A stretch of 64,000 nt of DNA from Capsulimonadaceae bacterium (GTDB taxonomy: Bacteria; Armatimonadota; Armatimonadia; Armatimonadales; Capsulimonadaceae). The stretch covers positions 1,600,001 to 1,664,000 of the forward strand of contig OZ244065.1 of assembly GCA_965215505.1 (NCBI GenBank), given 5' to 3'. A program made the translations under genes and the position numbers. A model generated the notes under the pieces. It made no database searches, had not been told where the DNA came from, and worked only from the letters and a program-made list of their open reading frames with translations. How positions within the stretch are numbered: the first letter of the stretch is position 1; every line of letters starts with the position of its first letter. Positions 27,156-37,778 of the stretch are shown piece after piece.

Positions 27156-28499
27156 ATGAAAATGACAACCGCTCTCAACCCGAACAACACAGACAAGAAC
27201 CAACTTGACCTTAAATCCTGCCGCCGGTGGATCGGGGGCGCGGTCGCGGCCCTCGGGCTGCTCTGCCTGACGACGGGCGTCCGCGCCCAGGACCCGGTGA
27301 CGATGGCGCCGCCGGTTTCGGAGCAGTCGGCCCCCGACGCGCAGTACCCGCAGCAGTCGACGGAGGGAACGCCCGTCAACGCGAGCCAGTCCAGTGTTTT
27401 TAACTGGGCCGAGATCCCGCAGGACCAGCGGGTGCCTGTGACGCGCGTCGCCTTTGACCAGGGCGGCTACCAGATCTATGATACGGTGGGGGAGACCATC
27501 GTGGTGCCGTTCGCCAACAAGAACCTGTATGTGATGAAGTTCGCCGTGTCCCCGGACGACACAATGTTCTTCGAGAACACGGGCGGGGCACCGGTCCTGT
27601 ATGTGCCGCAGAACGGCTATTTGGAGAACGCCACGGTGCCTGGGGCCAAGTGGTATCCGTTCTCGGAGAAGTTCCACCCGGCCGAGCCGGTCTTCCTGGG
27701 GATCGCGCCGAGTTACCCGGTCTTCGTCGGCCTGGGCTGGTATCCGCACACGGCCCTGTACGGCGGCTACTACTGCCACACATCCTTCGTGGAGGGGGGG
27801 GTCTTCCTGCCGAGCATCGGCCTGAGCTTCTTCATCGGCGGGCACCCCTACTACGGCTACTCGGGCTACCGCGACTACGTTTTCGCACACCCCGCGCCAT
27901 ACCACATCGGGTACTTTAACCGGGACGTCTACCACTTCGCAGGGCGGCCTATTGGCCCCGACCACGCATTCTATGGCGGCGGCCATGGGGGCTACGACGG
28001 CCACAGCTTCGGCGGCTACCGTGGCGGCGACCGCGGCCCCGTCGGCGGCTTCCATGGGGATCATCAAGCCTTCGGAAGCGGCTCCCGCTCCTTCGGCGAC
28101 GGCGCTCACACCTTCCGGGGGGCGGGCACGTTCAACGGCGGCAGCCATTCTTATAGCGGCGACCGTTCCTATAGCAGTGGGCATTCGTTCAGCGGGGGCG
28201 GGGACCCGACCAGGTACGCGCATCGCACGTTCCAGGGCGCGGGTCATTCCTACAGTGGTGGGGATACGGGCGGGCGCTCCTATAGCAGCGGAAACGTGGG
28301 CGGGCGCTCTTATGGCGGAGGGAACGCGGGCGGTCACTCCGATGGCGGCAGCCGCTCCTATAGCAGTGGTCGTTCCAGCGGCAATGACCGTTCCGGTGGT
28401 GGCAGCCGCTCCTACAGCGGCGGAGGTCACTCCGATAACGGGGGCAGCCATTCCGACGGGGGCGGGCGTTCCTATGGGGGTGGCGGTCGCGGTCGGTAG
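27156..28499 (+). CDS. secreted protein with Gly/Ser/His/Tyr-rich low-complexity tail
   Basis: RBS AAGGAG, signal peptide ending VRA, repeated GGRSYSSG units. Confidence 0.8.
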   Translation: MKMTTALNPNNTDKNQLDLKSCRRWIGGAVAALGLLCLTTGVRAQDPVTMAPPVSEQSAPDAQYPQQSTEGTPVNASQSSVFNWAEIPQDQRVPVTRVAFDQGGYQIYDTVGETIVVPFANKNLYVMKFAVSPDDTMFFENTGGAPVLYVPQNGYLENATVPGAKWYPFSEKFHPAEPVFLGIAPSYPVFVGLGWYPHTALYGGYYCHTSFVEGGVFLPSIGLSFFIGGHPYYGYSGYRDYVFAHPAPYHIGYFNRDVYHFAGRPIGPDHAFYGGGHGGYDGHSFGGYRGGDRGPVGGFHGDHQAFGSGSRSFGDGAHTFRGAGTFNGGSHSYSGDRSYSSGHSFSGGGDPTRYAHRTFQGAGHSYSGGDTGGRSYSSGNVGGRSYGGGNAGGHSDGGSRSYSSGRSSGNDRSGGGSRSYSGGGHSDNGGSHSDGGGRSYGGGGRGR

Positions 28500-28513
28500 G
28501 GCAGAGCAGCACA

Positions 28514-28548
28514 GAGGCCGCCGGTGTGACAAACACCGGCGGCCTTTG
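28514..28548. terminator. bidirectional terminator
   Basis: AGGCCGCCGGTGT-gacaa-ACACCGGCGGCCT-TTG. Confidence 0.8.
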
Positions 28549-28583
28549 TTGTTCTGATCGGTGATGTGGTAAGAATCCCAGTG

Positions 28584-29894
28584 TCAGGCTGGGGACCTAC
28601 GGCGCAGTCCCATCGGGCTACCGTCCTGGTACTCTGCCAGCGCCGAAGGGTTCTTCATCCTCTGCAAATGCTGACGTATCTGGTCGATCTGCGCCAGCAC
28701 GGCGGTCCCGAACTGCTCATCGAGTACCGTCGCCCCGTCCTGCGCGCGCTGCAATGCTGCGGAGACGAGGACCTCCTTTAGATAGGCGGGGGTGAAGCCG
28801 TCGCTGCGTTCCGCGACCTGCGCGGTCAATGCCTCGCGGTCCAGTGAGGGAGTCAGCAGATCGGACAGGGAGGGGCGGGCGAGTATCCGGCGGCAGTAAC
28901 GGCGGCGTTCTTCTGCTGCCGGCAGTCCGAGATGGAAGACGCGGTCGAATCGGGAGGGACGCTTGAGCAGGGCTTCGTCTATCTTGCCGGGATGGTTTGA
29001 GGAGGCGACGATGAGGAGGCCATCGTTGTTCTCAAAGCCGTCGAGTTCGTTGAGGAAGACCGTCCGGTTGCCTTCATCCACGAACCCGTCTAAGTCCTCG
29101 AAGGCCAGGATGCAGGGGGACAGCTTCCGCGCCCGCTCGAAGATGGCCCTGATCGGGTCCTGACCGCCGTTCTTACGCAGGTCCCGCACATAGAGGAAGG
29201 GCAGATCGGGCAGTGAGGCCGCGATGGCTTTGCACACCATCGTCTTGCCCGTGCCGGGCGGCCCCACGAGCAGGATGCCCCGACGCCAGGCAAAGCCCAG
29301 CCGCGCGAACATGGCGCGGTTGGCAAAGAAGCCCTCGACGGCCCCCCTCAGTTCCTCGGAGAGTTCAACCGGCAGCACGATGTCCTGCCACGTCACGTCG
29401 CCTATCTCCGCGTCCAGGTCAGGCTCGCTCCTCCAGCCGCCGCTGTACTGGAGGCACTGCTTGGCCGGGCGCAGTGCGTAATCCGTCATCGCTTCGACGA
29501 AGGAGGAGACGACGCTCCGGTCGGGCGCGAAGCAGACGACGGGCGAAACAGGGGGGCCGGACCCCATAGCCACTTCAACCCTCTGCCCCCGCCACTCCGC
29601 CTCGAACCAGGCGACGTAGGGGTAGCTCTGGTTTGACGCCGTGACGCTTCTCCCGTAGGAATCGACGCTACCGGCGATCAAGCTTTGGAAGCGGTCCGCC
29701 TCGTTCTCCAGGAAGCGGAGCAGGCCCAGACGGTCAATGCCGGCGATCACCGCCGCGCAGCCGGGCACGTTCGCGCGAATCTCCCGGAGCAGTATGCCGG
29801 TGCTGTCTCCCTCCTCGGAGTGCTGCGTCAGCACCTTCCGGATCGCGCCGTCCCGCCAGTCCGGGGCAGGGTGTTGTTCGGGCTGTGTTGTCAT
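28584..29894 (-). CDS. AAA+ ATPase
   Basis: GPPGTGKT, ILAFEDLD, FLNELDG, ALLKRPSRFDR; probable ATG 29894. Confidence 0.9.
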   Translation of the reverse strand: MTTQPEQHPAPDWRDGAIRKVLTQHSEEGDSTGILLREIRANVPGCAAVIAGIDRLGLLRFLENEADRFQSLIAGSVDSYGRSVTASNQSYPYVAWFEAEWRGQRVEVAMGSGPPVSPVVCFAPDRSVVSSFVEAMTDYALRPAKQCLQYSGGWRSEPDLDAEIGDVTWQDIVLPVELSEELRGAVEGFFANRAMFARLGFAWRRGILLVGPPGTGKTMVCKAIAASLPDLPFLYVRDLRKNGGQDPIRAIFERARKLSPCILAFEDLDGFVDEGNRTVFLNELDGFENNDGLLIVASSNHPGKIDEALLKRPSRFDRVFHLGLPAAEERRRYCRRILARPSLSDLLTPSLDREALTAQVAERSDGFTPAYLKEVLVSAALQRAQDGATVLDEQFGTAVLAQIDQIRQHLQRMKNPSALAEYQDGSPMGLRRRSPA

Positions 29895-29907
29895 AGGCTG
29901 GGCCGTG

Positions 29908-31890
29908 TCAGTGTCCCCCACCCCCGGCGGGCGGGTTGAGGGCGTTGAAGTACTTGCGGACGTCGCTGCGGTAGGCGGGCGGGATGTCCTCCTTGTCCAT
30001 CGTAGACTCGGCGCTCTTGCGGGCGGGGGCGACGTAGTCGTAGTAGGGCACTTTGCTGGTCGTCTGGCCAGGCACGGCATTAGGGTTGGAGCCGACCTTA
30101 CGGACGGGGCCGCTCTTGCTGGGGCCGGGGTTCAGGGGCTTGCCGAAGTAGAGCTTGTTGTTCTTGGACATCTTGGACGGGTCCATCTTGCCCAGGTGCT
30201 TCAGGGGGCTGCTGCCCTCGCCCGTGTCGCCGGGCTTGCCGCCGGCCTTGCCCCCGCCCCCGCTGCCGCCGTTGCCCTTGCCGCTGCCGTGCTGGCCATT
30301 CGCGCCGTCGAGGCCGTCGCCGTCACCCTGTCCATCGCCTTCACCCTCGCCCTGGCCTTTCCCCTTGCCTTTACCCTTCCCTTTGCCCTGGCCCTGACCA
30401 GGCTGCCCCGAATCGTCCTGGACATCGCCCGCGCTGTTCGCGCCGGCCATTTCGCTCTCCGCGCCCTCGGTGGCGTCCTGGGCGTCCTGCATGGCTTGCT
30501 GGTCGGCCTGATCGCGGGCCTCGCGCTCGGCGGCGTCGGCGGCCTTCCGCATCTCGGAGGCGGCGGCCGACTTGTCCCCGCGTTTCAGGGCGTCGGCGGC
30601 GGCCTGGGTGTGCTTCTGCGTCTCGGGCATCGGCGTGTTCTTGAGGGCGTCGGCCAGCTTCTGGAGGTCCTGGGCGCCCTGGCCCTGCTCGGCGGGGGAC
30701 ATCTTGCCGGACTCGGCGTGGTCCGCCATCTGCCGGAGCTGCTCGCTGAGGCCCTTGGAGTCGTTCTGCTGCATCGCCTGGGCGGCCTTGCGGAGTTCCG
30801 GAGTCACCGGCTGGCCGGTCGGGGAGGGGCTGGACGCGCCGGCCTTGTTCTTGCCCACGCCCGGCACGTTGAAGCCATGTGAGGGGTCCTCGCCAGCCTT
30901 CTTGCCCGCGCCGGCACCGTTCTCGCCGGGCTTCTGGCCGGCCTTGTTGCCGCCGCCGCCCGCCTTCTGGCCCGCACCGCCTGCCTTGCTGGCGCTGGCC
31001 GAGGCGGACGCGCCGGCCATCGCCTGGGCGAGCTGCTGGCCGGCCTGGGCCATGCTCTTGCTGCCCGCACCGGCCCCGCTGTTCGCTTGGGCGCGTTTCT
31101 GCTGCTCCGCCTTCATCTGGCTGGTGAGCCTCGCGATCTGGACCATCGCCTGTTTCTTGTCCATCTTGCCGGATGCCAGCCGCTTGCCGAGACGCTGCAT
31201 GGCGGCGGCGGCGCGGCGGGTGCCGTCCAGGTGCTGCCCCTCGGCCTGCTTCTGGATCAGGCGGGCCGTCTTCTGCATCTTGTCGCCGGTCTTGTGGACG
31301 ATCGCACGCTCGGTGAGGACGCCGGGCGGGAGGAAGACGGGGAGAGTCGGGAGGAACAAGACCAGCGCGAGGAGGACCAGCCCGCCCAGCGCGGCCCCAG
31401 CCTCCCAGGGCCAGCGCAGCGGGACCGCCTCGACAACCTTGAGGCTGCGGGCGTGGACGGCGGCGTCCTCCTGCTGCAAGCGCATGAGCAGCACGGCGTC
31501 GGGGGCAGCGACCCCCGACGGGGCGCGCTCGAACTCCAGGGCGGACGACAGGCGTTCCTTCAGGCCCAGACGCGCCTCGGCCAGCCGGGCGGCATCCATC
31601 AGCGAGATGGGGCGCAGGAACGTGGTGGTCGTGCCCACGGCGATGCCGAGCAGGATCACACCCGGCAGGGCCGCTTCCAGAGGCAGCCATTCGGGCAGGA
31701 CGTCGAAGTGGGCGCAGACGGCGGCGATCAGGGCGGCAACGACCCCGGCCAGCGCGCCGCGCGATGCGTGCCGGACCCAGCGCGCCATTCGCAGCCGCGC
31801 CGTCACCGAGGCCAGCACCTCAGAAATGGCGTTCGGGCCGGGAAGCGGGGCGGGGCCGGGCTGTGGCCTGGGTGTGCTGATTGTCGCCAT
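29908..31890 (-). CDS. membrane protein with long coiled coil and Gly-rich tail (DUF4175-like)
   Basis: N-terminal TMs, LKERLSSALE, C-terminal IPPAYRSDVRKYF. Confidence 0.75.
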   Translation of the reverse strand: MATISTPRPQPGPAPLPGPNAISEVLASVTARLRMARWVRHASRGALAGVVAALIAAVCAHFDVLPEWLPLEAALPGVILLGIAVGTTTTFLRPISLMDAARLAEARLGLKERLSSALEFERAPSGVAAPDAVLLMRLQQEDAAVHARSLKVVEAVPLRWPWEAGAALGGLVLLALVLFLPTLPVFLPPGVLTERAIVHKTGDKMQKTARLIQKQAEGQHLDGTRRAAAAMQRLGKRLASGKMDKKQAMVQIARLTSQMKAEQQKRAQANSGAGAGSKSMAQAGQQLAQAMAGASASASASKAGGAGQKAGGGGNKAGQKPGENGAGAGKKAGEDPSHGFNVPGVGKNKAGASSPSPTGQPVTPELRKAAQAMQQNDSKGLSEQLRQMADHAESGKMSPAEQGQGAQDLQKLADALKNTPMPETQKHTQAAADALKRGDKSAAASEMRKAADAAEREARDQADQQAMQDAQDATEGAESEMAGANSAGDVQDDSGQPGQGQGKGKGKGKGKGQGEGEGDGQGDGDGLDGANGQHGSGKGNGGSGGGGKAGGKPGDTGEGSSPLKHLGKMDPSKMSKNNKLYFGKPLNPGPSKSGPVRKVGSNPNAVPGQTTSKVPYYDYVAPARKSAESTMDKEDIPPAYRSDVRKYFNALNPPAGGGGH

Positions 31891-31990
31891 GATGTCGCCT
31901 CGTGTCGCCTTTCGGGACCCGCCGGGCGGCGGGTTCCTTATTATACGCGATTTCGTGCTAGAACGGTGCGCGCCCGGACGGTGCGAGGCT

Positions 31991-34054
31991 CTAGGGGTTC
32001 CGCAGGTGCGGCGGCGTGGCAGGCAGGGGGGCGGCGGGCAGGGGCACGAGCTGGTTCAGGCGGGCCTGCGGGGCGAGGGAGATGACGCGGGTGGCCGGGT
32101 CCGCGCCCGAGCCGGGCAAGGGCTGGAAGACGATGACGTGCCGGCCCGCAGGGAGAGACACCCAGAGGCCGTGGGCCAGGTCCTCCGAAGGCTTGCCGTC
32201 TATCTTCACCCATTCGGCAGGGATGGGCACCAGCTCGGGCTTCTGACCGGGCACGGTGACGGGGAGCCATCCCGAGACGGAGAGCAGGCCGGTGGAAGCC
32301 GGGTCGGGCTGCACTGCCAGCATGGGTGCGGACGGGAACGGAATCCGCTGGCTTAGGTGGGCTTGCGCCGCCAGGTTGATGTTCCAGGTCTTGGGGCCGA
32401 TCCCCAGCGCGGGCGTGGGCTGGAAGGTGACGACGTGCCGACCGGCCGGCAGCCGCGCCCACCGGCCGAGGGCCAAGGCGAGGACCGGGCGGCCGTCCAC
32501 CTTCACCCACTGGGCGGAGGCGCGCACCAGGGCGGGCGTGTGGCCGGGCGCACCGATGGGGACCCAGCCGGAAACGGTGTACAAGCCGGTCTGACGTGCG
32601 GTGTGGGCGGCGCGGGCGGGGACGACGGGCGCGGCCTTGGGCCTGACCGCCCGCGCCGTAAGGCGCGCAGACTTTGGCGTCCGGAGCGGCTTAGGGCGGG
32701 GGGGCGGGGGGGCGGGGGGAACGACCACCGCGATCAGACGCCGTGCCGGCTTTGGATGGGCATGGGCGAGGACGGGGCGGCTCGGCTTGGGACGGCTCGC
32801 CGTCTTCACAGGCTCCGGCGGCTGTTGGGCCGCCACGACCCGGTGGAGCGGATGGGGAATGACGGCAGGCTCGGGCTTAGGTGTCTGTGCGACGGCGACG
32901 GGCGCGGCAGGACGGGGCGCGGCGGGGGCGACCTTCGGGGGCGTCTTCGTCGCCTGCGCGACGCGCGCGGGGTGCGGCGCGGCGAGTTGCCCGGTTCCCC
33001 AGAGGGCGAGCGCGCCGAGCAGGAGCAGGGCGGCACCGGCGACGGCCCCCGTCATCGCCCCGGTCCGGCGGGCGGCGGCCATCGCGCGGTGTTCCGGGAT
33101 GCCCGCCTCGGCCTCGACGGCGGCGCGCAGGGCGGCGGCGAATTGGCCGGCGGAGGAGTAGCGGGACGCCGGCGCTTTGGCAAGCCCACGCAGGACGGCG
33201 GCCTCGACAGCGAGCGCGAGGTCTTCCCGGTAGGAGCGCAGGGGGGGCGGGGCGGAGAAGACCTGCCGGTGCATGACAGAGAGCTGGGCCTGGGTGCTGT
33301 TGTCGGCGGCGCGGAAGGGCGGCGTCTTGGTCAGCGCGAAATAGGCGACGGCCGCGAGCGAGTAGACGTCGCTGCGGGCGTCCGGCGCCTCGTTGCCGTG
33401 GACCTGCTCGGGGCTTGCGTACTCGATGGTGCCGAGGATGTCGCCCATGACCGTCAGCGGCGCTTCCTCGTCAATGTGGGCGACGCCGAAGTCGAACAGG
33501 CGGGCGGGGGCGCGCGGGGGGAGCAGGATGTTGGAGGGCTTGACGTCCCGGTGGATGATGCCCTGCGCGTGGGCGCAGTCCAGGGCGGCGGCGACTTCTT
33601 CGATGACCTGGGCGGCCCGTTGGGGCGCCAGCCAGCCCTCGGCCTCTACGAGTGCGGCCAATGTCCGCCCCGGCACATACTCCAGAACGAGCGCGGCGGG
33701 GTCGCCGTCGTGGAACCGGTAGAGCGCGACGATGTTGGGGTGCCGCAGGCGCTTCATCACGGCGGCCTCGCGCCGGAATCGCTCGGCCGCGATAGGGTCG
33801 CCGGTCGCGCGCTGCACCTTGACGATCACGTCGCAGCGGTGGGCGCGGTCCCACCCCCGGTAGATAGCGGCGAAGGGGCCACGGCTGAGTGGCTCGGCGG
33901 TAACCGCGATGTCCGGCAGGGGCGGGAGGGCGGCGAGTCCGGACTCAGGGGCCGGCGGGGCCGGCACGGCGGCGTCTTCCGGGGGGGCAGGCCGGCTCTC
34001 GGCCCGGCCCGGCTGCTTGTTGGGACGGTTACGACGAATGGTTTCTCTCCTCAC
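31991..34054 (-). CDS. Ser/Thr protein kinase with TM helix and two PEGA-like repeats
   Basis: RFRREA..LRHPNIV, HRDVKPSN, DFG, GTIEYASPEQ, SDVYSL; duplicated VSGW..WVKxDG..LPAGRH. Confidence 0.9.
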   Translation of the reverse strand: MRRETIRRNRPNKQPGRAESRPAPPEDAAVPAPPAPESGLAALPPLPDIAVTAEPLSRGPFAAIYRGWDRAHRCDVIVKVQRATGDPIAAERFRREAAVMKRLRHPNIVALYRFHDGDPAALVLEYVPGRTLAALVEAEGWLAPQRAAQVIEEVAAALDCAHAQGIIHRDVKPSNILLPPRAPARLFDFGVAHIDEEAPLTVMGDILGTIEYASPEQVHGNEAPDARSDVYSLAAVAYFALTKTPPFRAADNSTQAQLSVMHRQVFSAPPPLRSYREDLALAVEAAVLRGLAKAPASRYSSAGQFAAALRAAVEAEAGIPEHRAMAAARRTGAMTGAVAGAALLLLGALALWGTGQLAAPHPARVAQATKTPPKVAPAAPRPAAPVAVAQTPKPEPAVIPHPLHRVVAAQQPPEPVKTASRPKPSRPVLAHAHPKPARRLIAVVVPPAPPPPRPKPLRTPKSARLTARAVRPKAAPVVPARAAHTARQTGLYTVSGWVPIGAPGHTPALVRASAQWVKVDGRPVLALALGRWARLPAGRHVVTFQPTPALGIGPKTWNINLAAQAHLSQRIPFPSAPMLAVQPDPASTGLLSVSGWLPVTVPGQKPELVPIPAEWVKIDGKPSEDLAHGLWVSLPAGRHVIVFQPLPGSGADPATRVISLAPQARLNQLVPLPAAPLPATPPHLRNP

Positions 34055-34094
34055 CGGCTCGAAAGAGTCGGCACTAGTCGGCGCGGGGCCGGCG

Positions 34095-34901
34095 CTAGTC
34101 GGCGGAGAGGTCAGCCAGTGGCCTAGCCCGTCGCTCCGCCAGGGTGCGCCGCACGATCTTGACCAGGAACGGCAGATCCCGCACGAAGTAGCGGTGGAAC
34201 AAGCGGGTCGGCTCCTGCGAAAAGCGGTAGGCCCATTCCAGCCCGCACTCCTGCATCCAGAACGGGGCGCGCTTGATGACTCCGCTCGCCATCTCGAAGG
34301 ACCCGCCGACGCCGATGGAAACCGGGACGCTCAGAAGATCTTTATTCGCCGCAATCCATTTCTCCTGCTTTGGCGCCCCGAATCCCACCAAAAGAATATC
34401 CGGCTGGGCGGCGCGGACCTTTTCACGGATCCGGTCCTGTTCGTCCGAGTCTGCGAAAGTCTCAAACGGGGGGCAGTAGGTGCCGCAGATCTGGGCGCCG
34501 GGGTTGCGGCGCAGGACGGCGTCTTTGGCGAGGTCGGCGGCGCAGGGTGCGCCGCCGAGGAAGAACAGGCGCAGGCCGGTCGCCTCGGACGCGCGGGCCA
34601 GCTCCCAGAAGAGGTCGCTGCCGGTCACGCGCTGCTTGAGGGCGGGGTGGGCCGGCGTCGCGCCGAGGCGGGACAGCAGGACAACCGGCTTGCCGTCGGC
34701 CAGCGTCAGGTCTGAGTCCCGGTAGATGGCCCGGAATTCGGAGTCGTGTTCCAGCGTGACCAGGTGATCCAGGTTGCCGGTGCAGACGTAGCGCGGCTTC
34801 TCGGTCTTCTGGGCCATCTGCACGATGCGTGCGACCGCCTCTTCCATGGTCACATTATGGAACGCCACATCGGCGACATATACTCTGCTCAAAGCATCCA
34901 T
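34095..34901 (-). CDS. WecB/TagA/CpsF glycosyltransferase
   Basis: ADG, RVTGSDL, GAPKQEKW, RAP.WMQ..GLEW..R..QEP.RL. Confidence 0.93.
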   Translation of the reverse strand: MDALSRVYVADVAFHNVTMEEAVARIVQMAQKTEKPRYVCTGNLDHLVTLEHDSEFRAIYRDSDLTLADGKPVVLLSRLGATPAHPALKQRVTGSDLFWELARASEATGLRLFFLGGAPCAADLAKDAVLRRNPGAQICGTYCPPFETFADSDEQDRIREKVRAAQPDILLVGFGAPKQEKWIAANKDLLSVPVSIGVGGSFEMASGVIKRAPFWMQECGLEWAYRFSQEPTRLFHRYFVRDLPFLVKIVRRTLAERRARPLADLSAD

Positions 34902-34913
34902 GACTTTCTCGCG

Positions 34914-35558
34914 CTATCTGGTAGAGGGGCGCAGCTTCGGGTCGAGCGTCCCCCACATCTCGGCGGCGAAGCGGCCCATATGGGCATGCCCGCGCGCGTT
35001 CGCCGATGCGTCGGCATCCAAGCCGCGCGTAAACCGCAGAAAATAAACCGGCGTCCCGCGCCGGCCGAGGAGGGCGCTCCAGAGCATGGCCGCGCGGATC
35101 TGAGTCACCTCGTTGATCACCTTGCCGTCTACGACGTATACATACAGCATGTCGCTCCCGCCGGCTCCCGACGCCGCGACAGCGTGGCAGGCGCGGGCCT
35201 GGATGTCGGTCCCCGGCAGCCGCTCCAGGTGATCGTCCTCGAGCTGCATTCCTGCCCCGATCAGGCAGGAGCGCGGGTCGTGGAGGGCGCTGCGGTCCGT
35301 CCCGCCGATCAGCACGAAGTTCACCGACTCGCCGCCCCGCCCGTCTGCGGGCGCATAGGTGCGTTCCAGCAGATCGGCGGACGCTAGGGCGGCCTTGACG
35401 TCGGTGGGGACGGGGTCGTCCGCCCCGGCCCGGAGGCCGCCCAGGGTGCGCGGCACGTCCGCGCCGGTCAGGCCGAGGAAGCGGGGCGGCGGGGCCGGTT
35501 TCCAAGCCATCGCCGTCGCCAGAGCCGCCCCGATCAGCAGCGCTAAAAGATAGCCCAT
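34914..35558 (-). CDS. exosortase-associated EpsI-like protein
   Basis: LHDPRSCLIGAG motif; overlaps 3' end of exosortase gene. Confidence 0.75.
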   Translation of the reverse strand: MGYLLALLIGAALATAMAWKPAPPPRFLGLTGADVPRTLGGLRAGADDPVPTDVKAALASADLLERTYAPADGRGGESVNFVLIGGTDRSALHDPRSCLIGAGMQLEDDHLERLPGTDIQARACHAVAASGAGGSDMLYVYVVDGKVINEVTQIRAAMLWSALLGRRGTPVYFLRFTRGLDADASANARGHAHMGRFAAEMWGTLDPKLRPSTR

Positions 35559-36475
35559 CCGGCGAATGTGCGGCATCCCAATCCTTTTGCCAGCCCGAAG
35601 AGGGCGGTGAATCCGAGAACGAGCGTGATCAGCCCGCTCCAATCGTGAAAGACGTGGGCGGCGTTTGAGCCGATGCACTCCCCGACCACCCCGATCAGCG
35701 CGATCCGCACACTATTGACCAGAAGACTGAGCGGCAGGCTGAACGCGAACAGTCCCAGACGCCGGGCCGGTTTGCCGTCCACCAGATAGGCAAAGGCCGC
35801 GCTGAAGGTCAGCAGGGCCAGCAGCAGCTTGAACCCGGAGCAGGGTACGTCCACGAACAGCGAGTAGTCTTCCATCGTGATGACGTTGCCGACCAGGGTC
35901 GTGCCGAACGTCATCAAGTGCAGCAGGTGGTTTGCCAGAATCGTGGACAGCATCTGCACATGCAGGGTCGAGTCGTTCAGGACGGGTCCCGGCAGCGGGG
36001 CCATCAGCCACAGGAACAGGAGCGGGATGGCCGCCGCCCGCACGAAGCGCGTGCCCAGGGCCAGCCAGACCCCCGAACACACAGTCAGCAGCAGCCCCGT
36101 CGATTCCATCGCCTCGGCCTGCGTCTTGATGGCGAACACGAGCAGGGCCAGGGCGGGCAGGAGCAGGGCCAGGGCACCCAGCGCGGGCGCTTTGGGCACG
36201 GCCCGCAGGGCGTCGCGCCGGTGCCAGAGCATCAGGGCGACGATCAGCGGGATGAGCGGCGCGTGGCCGTAGTACGACTCGGGCTTGGTGTATTCAAAGC
36301 CCCAGAAGCGCAGGACGGGCCAGGCGAGGACGGTCAGCAGGGCGGCGGCGGCGAGGAACGGCGTGAGGGTCGGCCAGTCCTGACGACCCAGGAGGGCCGG
36401 CAGACCGCGCGGCGACTTCTCAGGCTCCGCGTGTTCAGGCTCCGCGTGTTCAGGTTTCTGGGAGACGACTGCCAT
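35543..36475 (-). CDS. exosortase/archaeosortase family protein
   Basis: YGHAPLIP, VDVPCSG (Cys), NSVRI (Arg), FHDWSG (His). Confidence 0.92.
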   Translation of the reverse strand: MAVVSQKPEHAEPEHAEPEKSPRGLPALLGRQDWPTLTPFLAAAALLTVLAWPVLRFWGFEYTKPESYYGHAPLIPLIVALMLWHRRDALRAVPKAPALGALALLLPALALLVFAIKTQAEAMESTGLLLTVCSGVWLALGTRFVRAAAIPLLFLWLMAPLPGPVLNDSTLHVQMLSTILANHLLHLMTFGTTLVGNVITMEDYSLFVDVPCSGFKLLLALLTFSAAFAYLVDGKPARRLGLFAFSLPLSLLVNSVRIALIGVVGECIGSNAAHVFHDWSGLITLVLGFTALFGLAKGLGCRTFAGWAIF

Positions 36476-36799
36476 GGCTAAAATGAGGGCAAAAGGAAAG
36501 CGACAAAAAAGCGAAAGCAACAACGAAGCTAAGACGAATGAGAGGGTCCCCTCCAGGGACATCCCCCTCTTCTGCGGACACTTCTATCTTCGGCAGAATG
36601 GGGCCGGAATGGACACCGGGACAATTACCAGGTTTCCCCGGAAAAAAACAGGGTGGCGGGTTGTTGGTACAACACCGCCACCCATTTCTGTCGGCGTTTT
36701 CAGGATCGGTACAACGCGGCGACGCCTTTGTGTGTTCTTCAAAGCCGCCCCCTCCTTTCCCAATCCCGCCTCCGCGTCGGACGTCCCAAGAGGTGAGTC

Positions 36800-37486
36800 T
36801 TAGGCCGCCGCGCCGCCGGTCCGGCGGGTCTTGCGGGCGATCAGGCCCAGGAGGCCGAGGCCACCCAGGGCGAACGTGGCGAGAGTCGCCGGCTCGGGGA
36901 CCGCAGATGCGGGAGCATAAGACGGCGTATTGATGGTCGTACCGTCGCTGATACCGGCCAGACCGGCCGTGTACGACGGGGCGTTCGTGCGGATGATCAG
37001 CAGATCGGACGTCGCGCCCGGCAGCAAGGTGCCGATGCCCGGATTGGCAGCAGTCTCGAAGCGGAAGCCGATCGAGGCGGTGCCGATCCGGAACGCCGAA
37101 GTCGGGACCATAGTGCCACTGCTGGTGCTGTAGAAGGCGCTGGTCTGGAAGCCGGTGAACGACTGGTCGGTGACCCGATCCAGAGGATCCGTGCTGCTGG
37201 CACTGTTAGCGATCTGGAAGACGAACGTCAAACCGCCCAGAGAGTTGGCAGCACCTTCGTTATAGACGCCGGAGAACATGGTGCCGTTGTAGAGCGAAGG
37301 GTTCCCATTATTCGGCGGAGCGACGAAGGGATTCGTCTGCGAGGTGATCAGGACGCCGCCCAAGGCTGTGGCGGACGGAGTGATCGTCGTGTTCGGCAGC
37401 AGGTTCTGGGCGAACGAAGCACCGGTCGCCGCGGCGGCCATGGCCGCCGACGCGATGGTGATCTTGATTGTCTTTTGGATGTTCAT
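36800..37486 (-). CDS. PEP-CTERM sorting domain protein
   Basis: Signal peptide; C-terminal VPEPAT + TM + RKTRR. Confidence 0.93.
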   Translation of the reverse strand: MNIQKTIKITIASAAMAAAATGASFAQNLLPNTTITPSATALGGVLITSQTNPFVAPPNNGNPSLYNGTMFSGVYNEGAANSLGGLTFVFQIANSASSTDPLDRVTDQSFTGFQTSAFYSTSSGTMVPTSAFRIGTASIGFRFETAANPGIGTLLPGATSDLLIIRTNAPSYTAGLAGISDGTTINTPSYAPASAVPEPATLATFALGGLGLLGLIARKTRRTGGAAA

Positions 37487-37778
37487 TGTTGTTTTCACCC
37501 CCCTTCTTTTATGGATGGTCTTCCTGCCCCTGAAAAGGCAGTAGAATTGTAAATACGGTTGGCGGGTGCAGGCCTCGGCAAAAGGACCTCGTCTCGTCAG
37601 GTCACTTTCCATTTCTTTGGAGGTTTCCTTGCTGCCTCAGACAGTAGGGTCATTCCCGGCCTTCTCCATCCCAAACGTCAGATTTGCGCGATTTCATTAG
37701 AAAACAAGATGCGTCAGCCTCTTCTTTCCGAGTGTAACACATTTCCGCCGAAAATACAATATGCTCGGACCCTATTAT

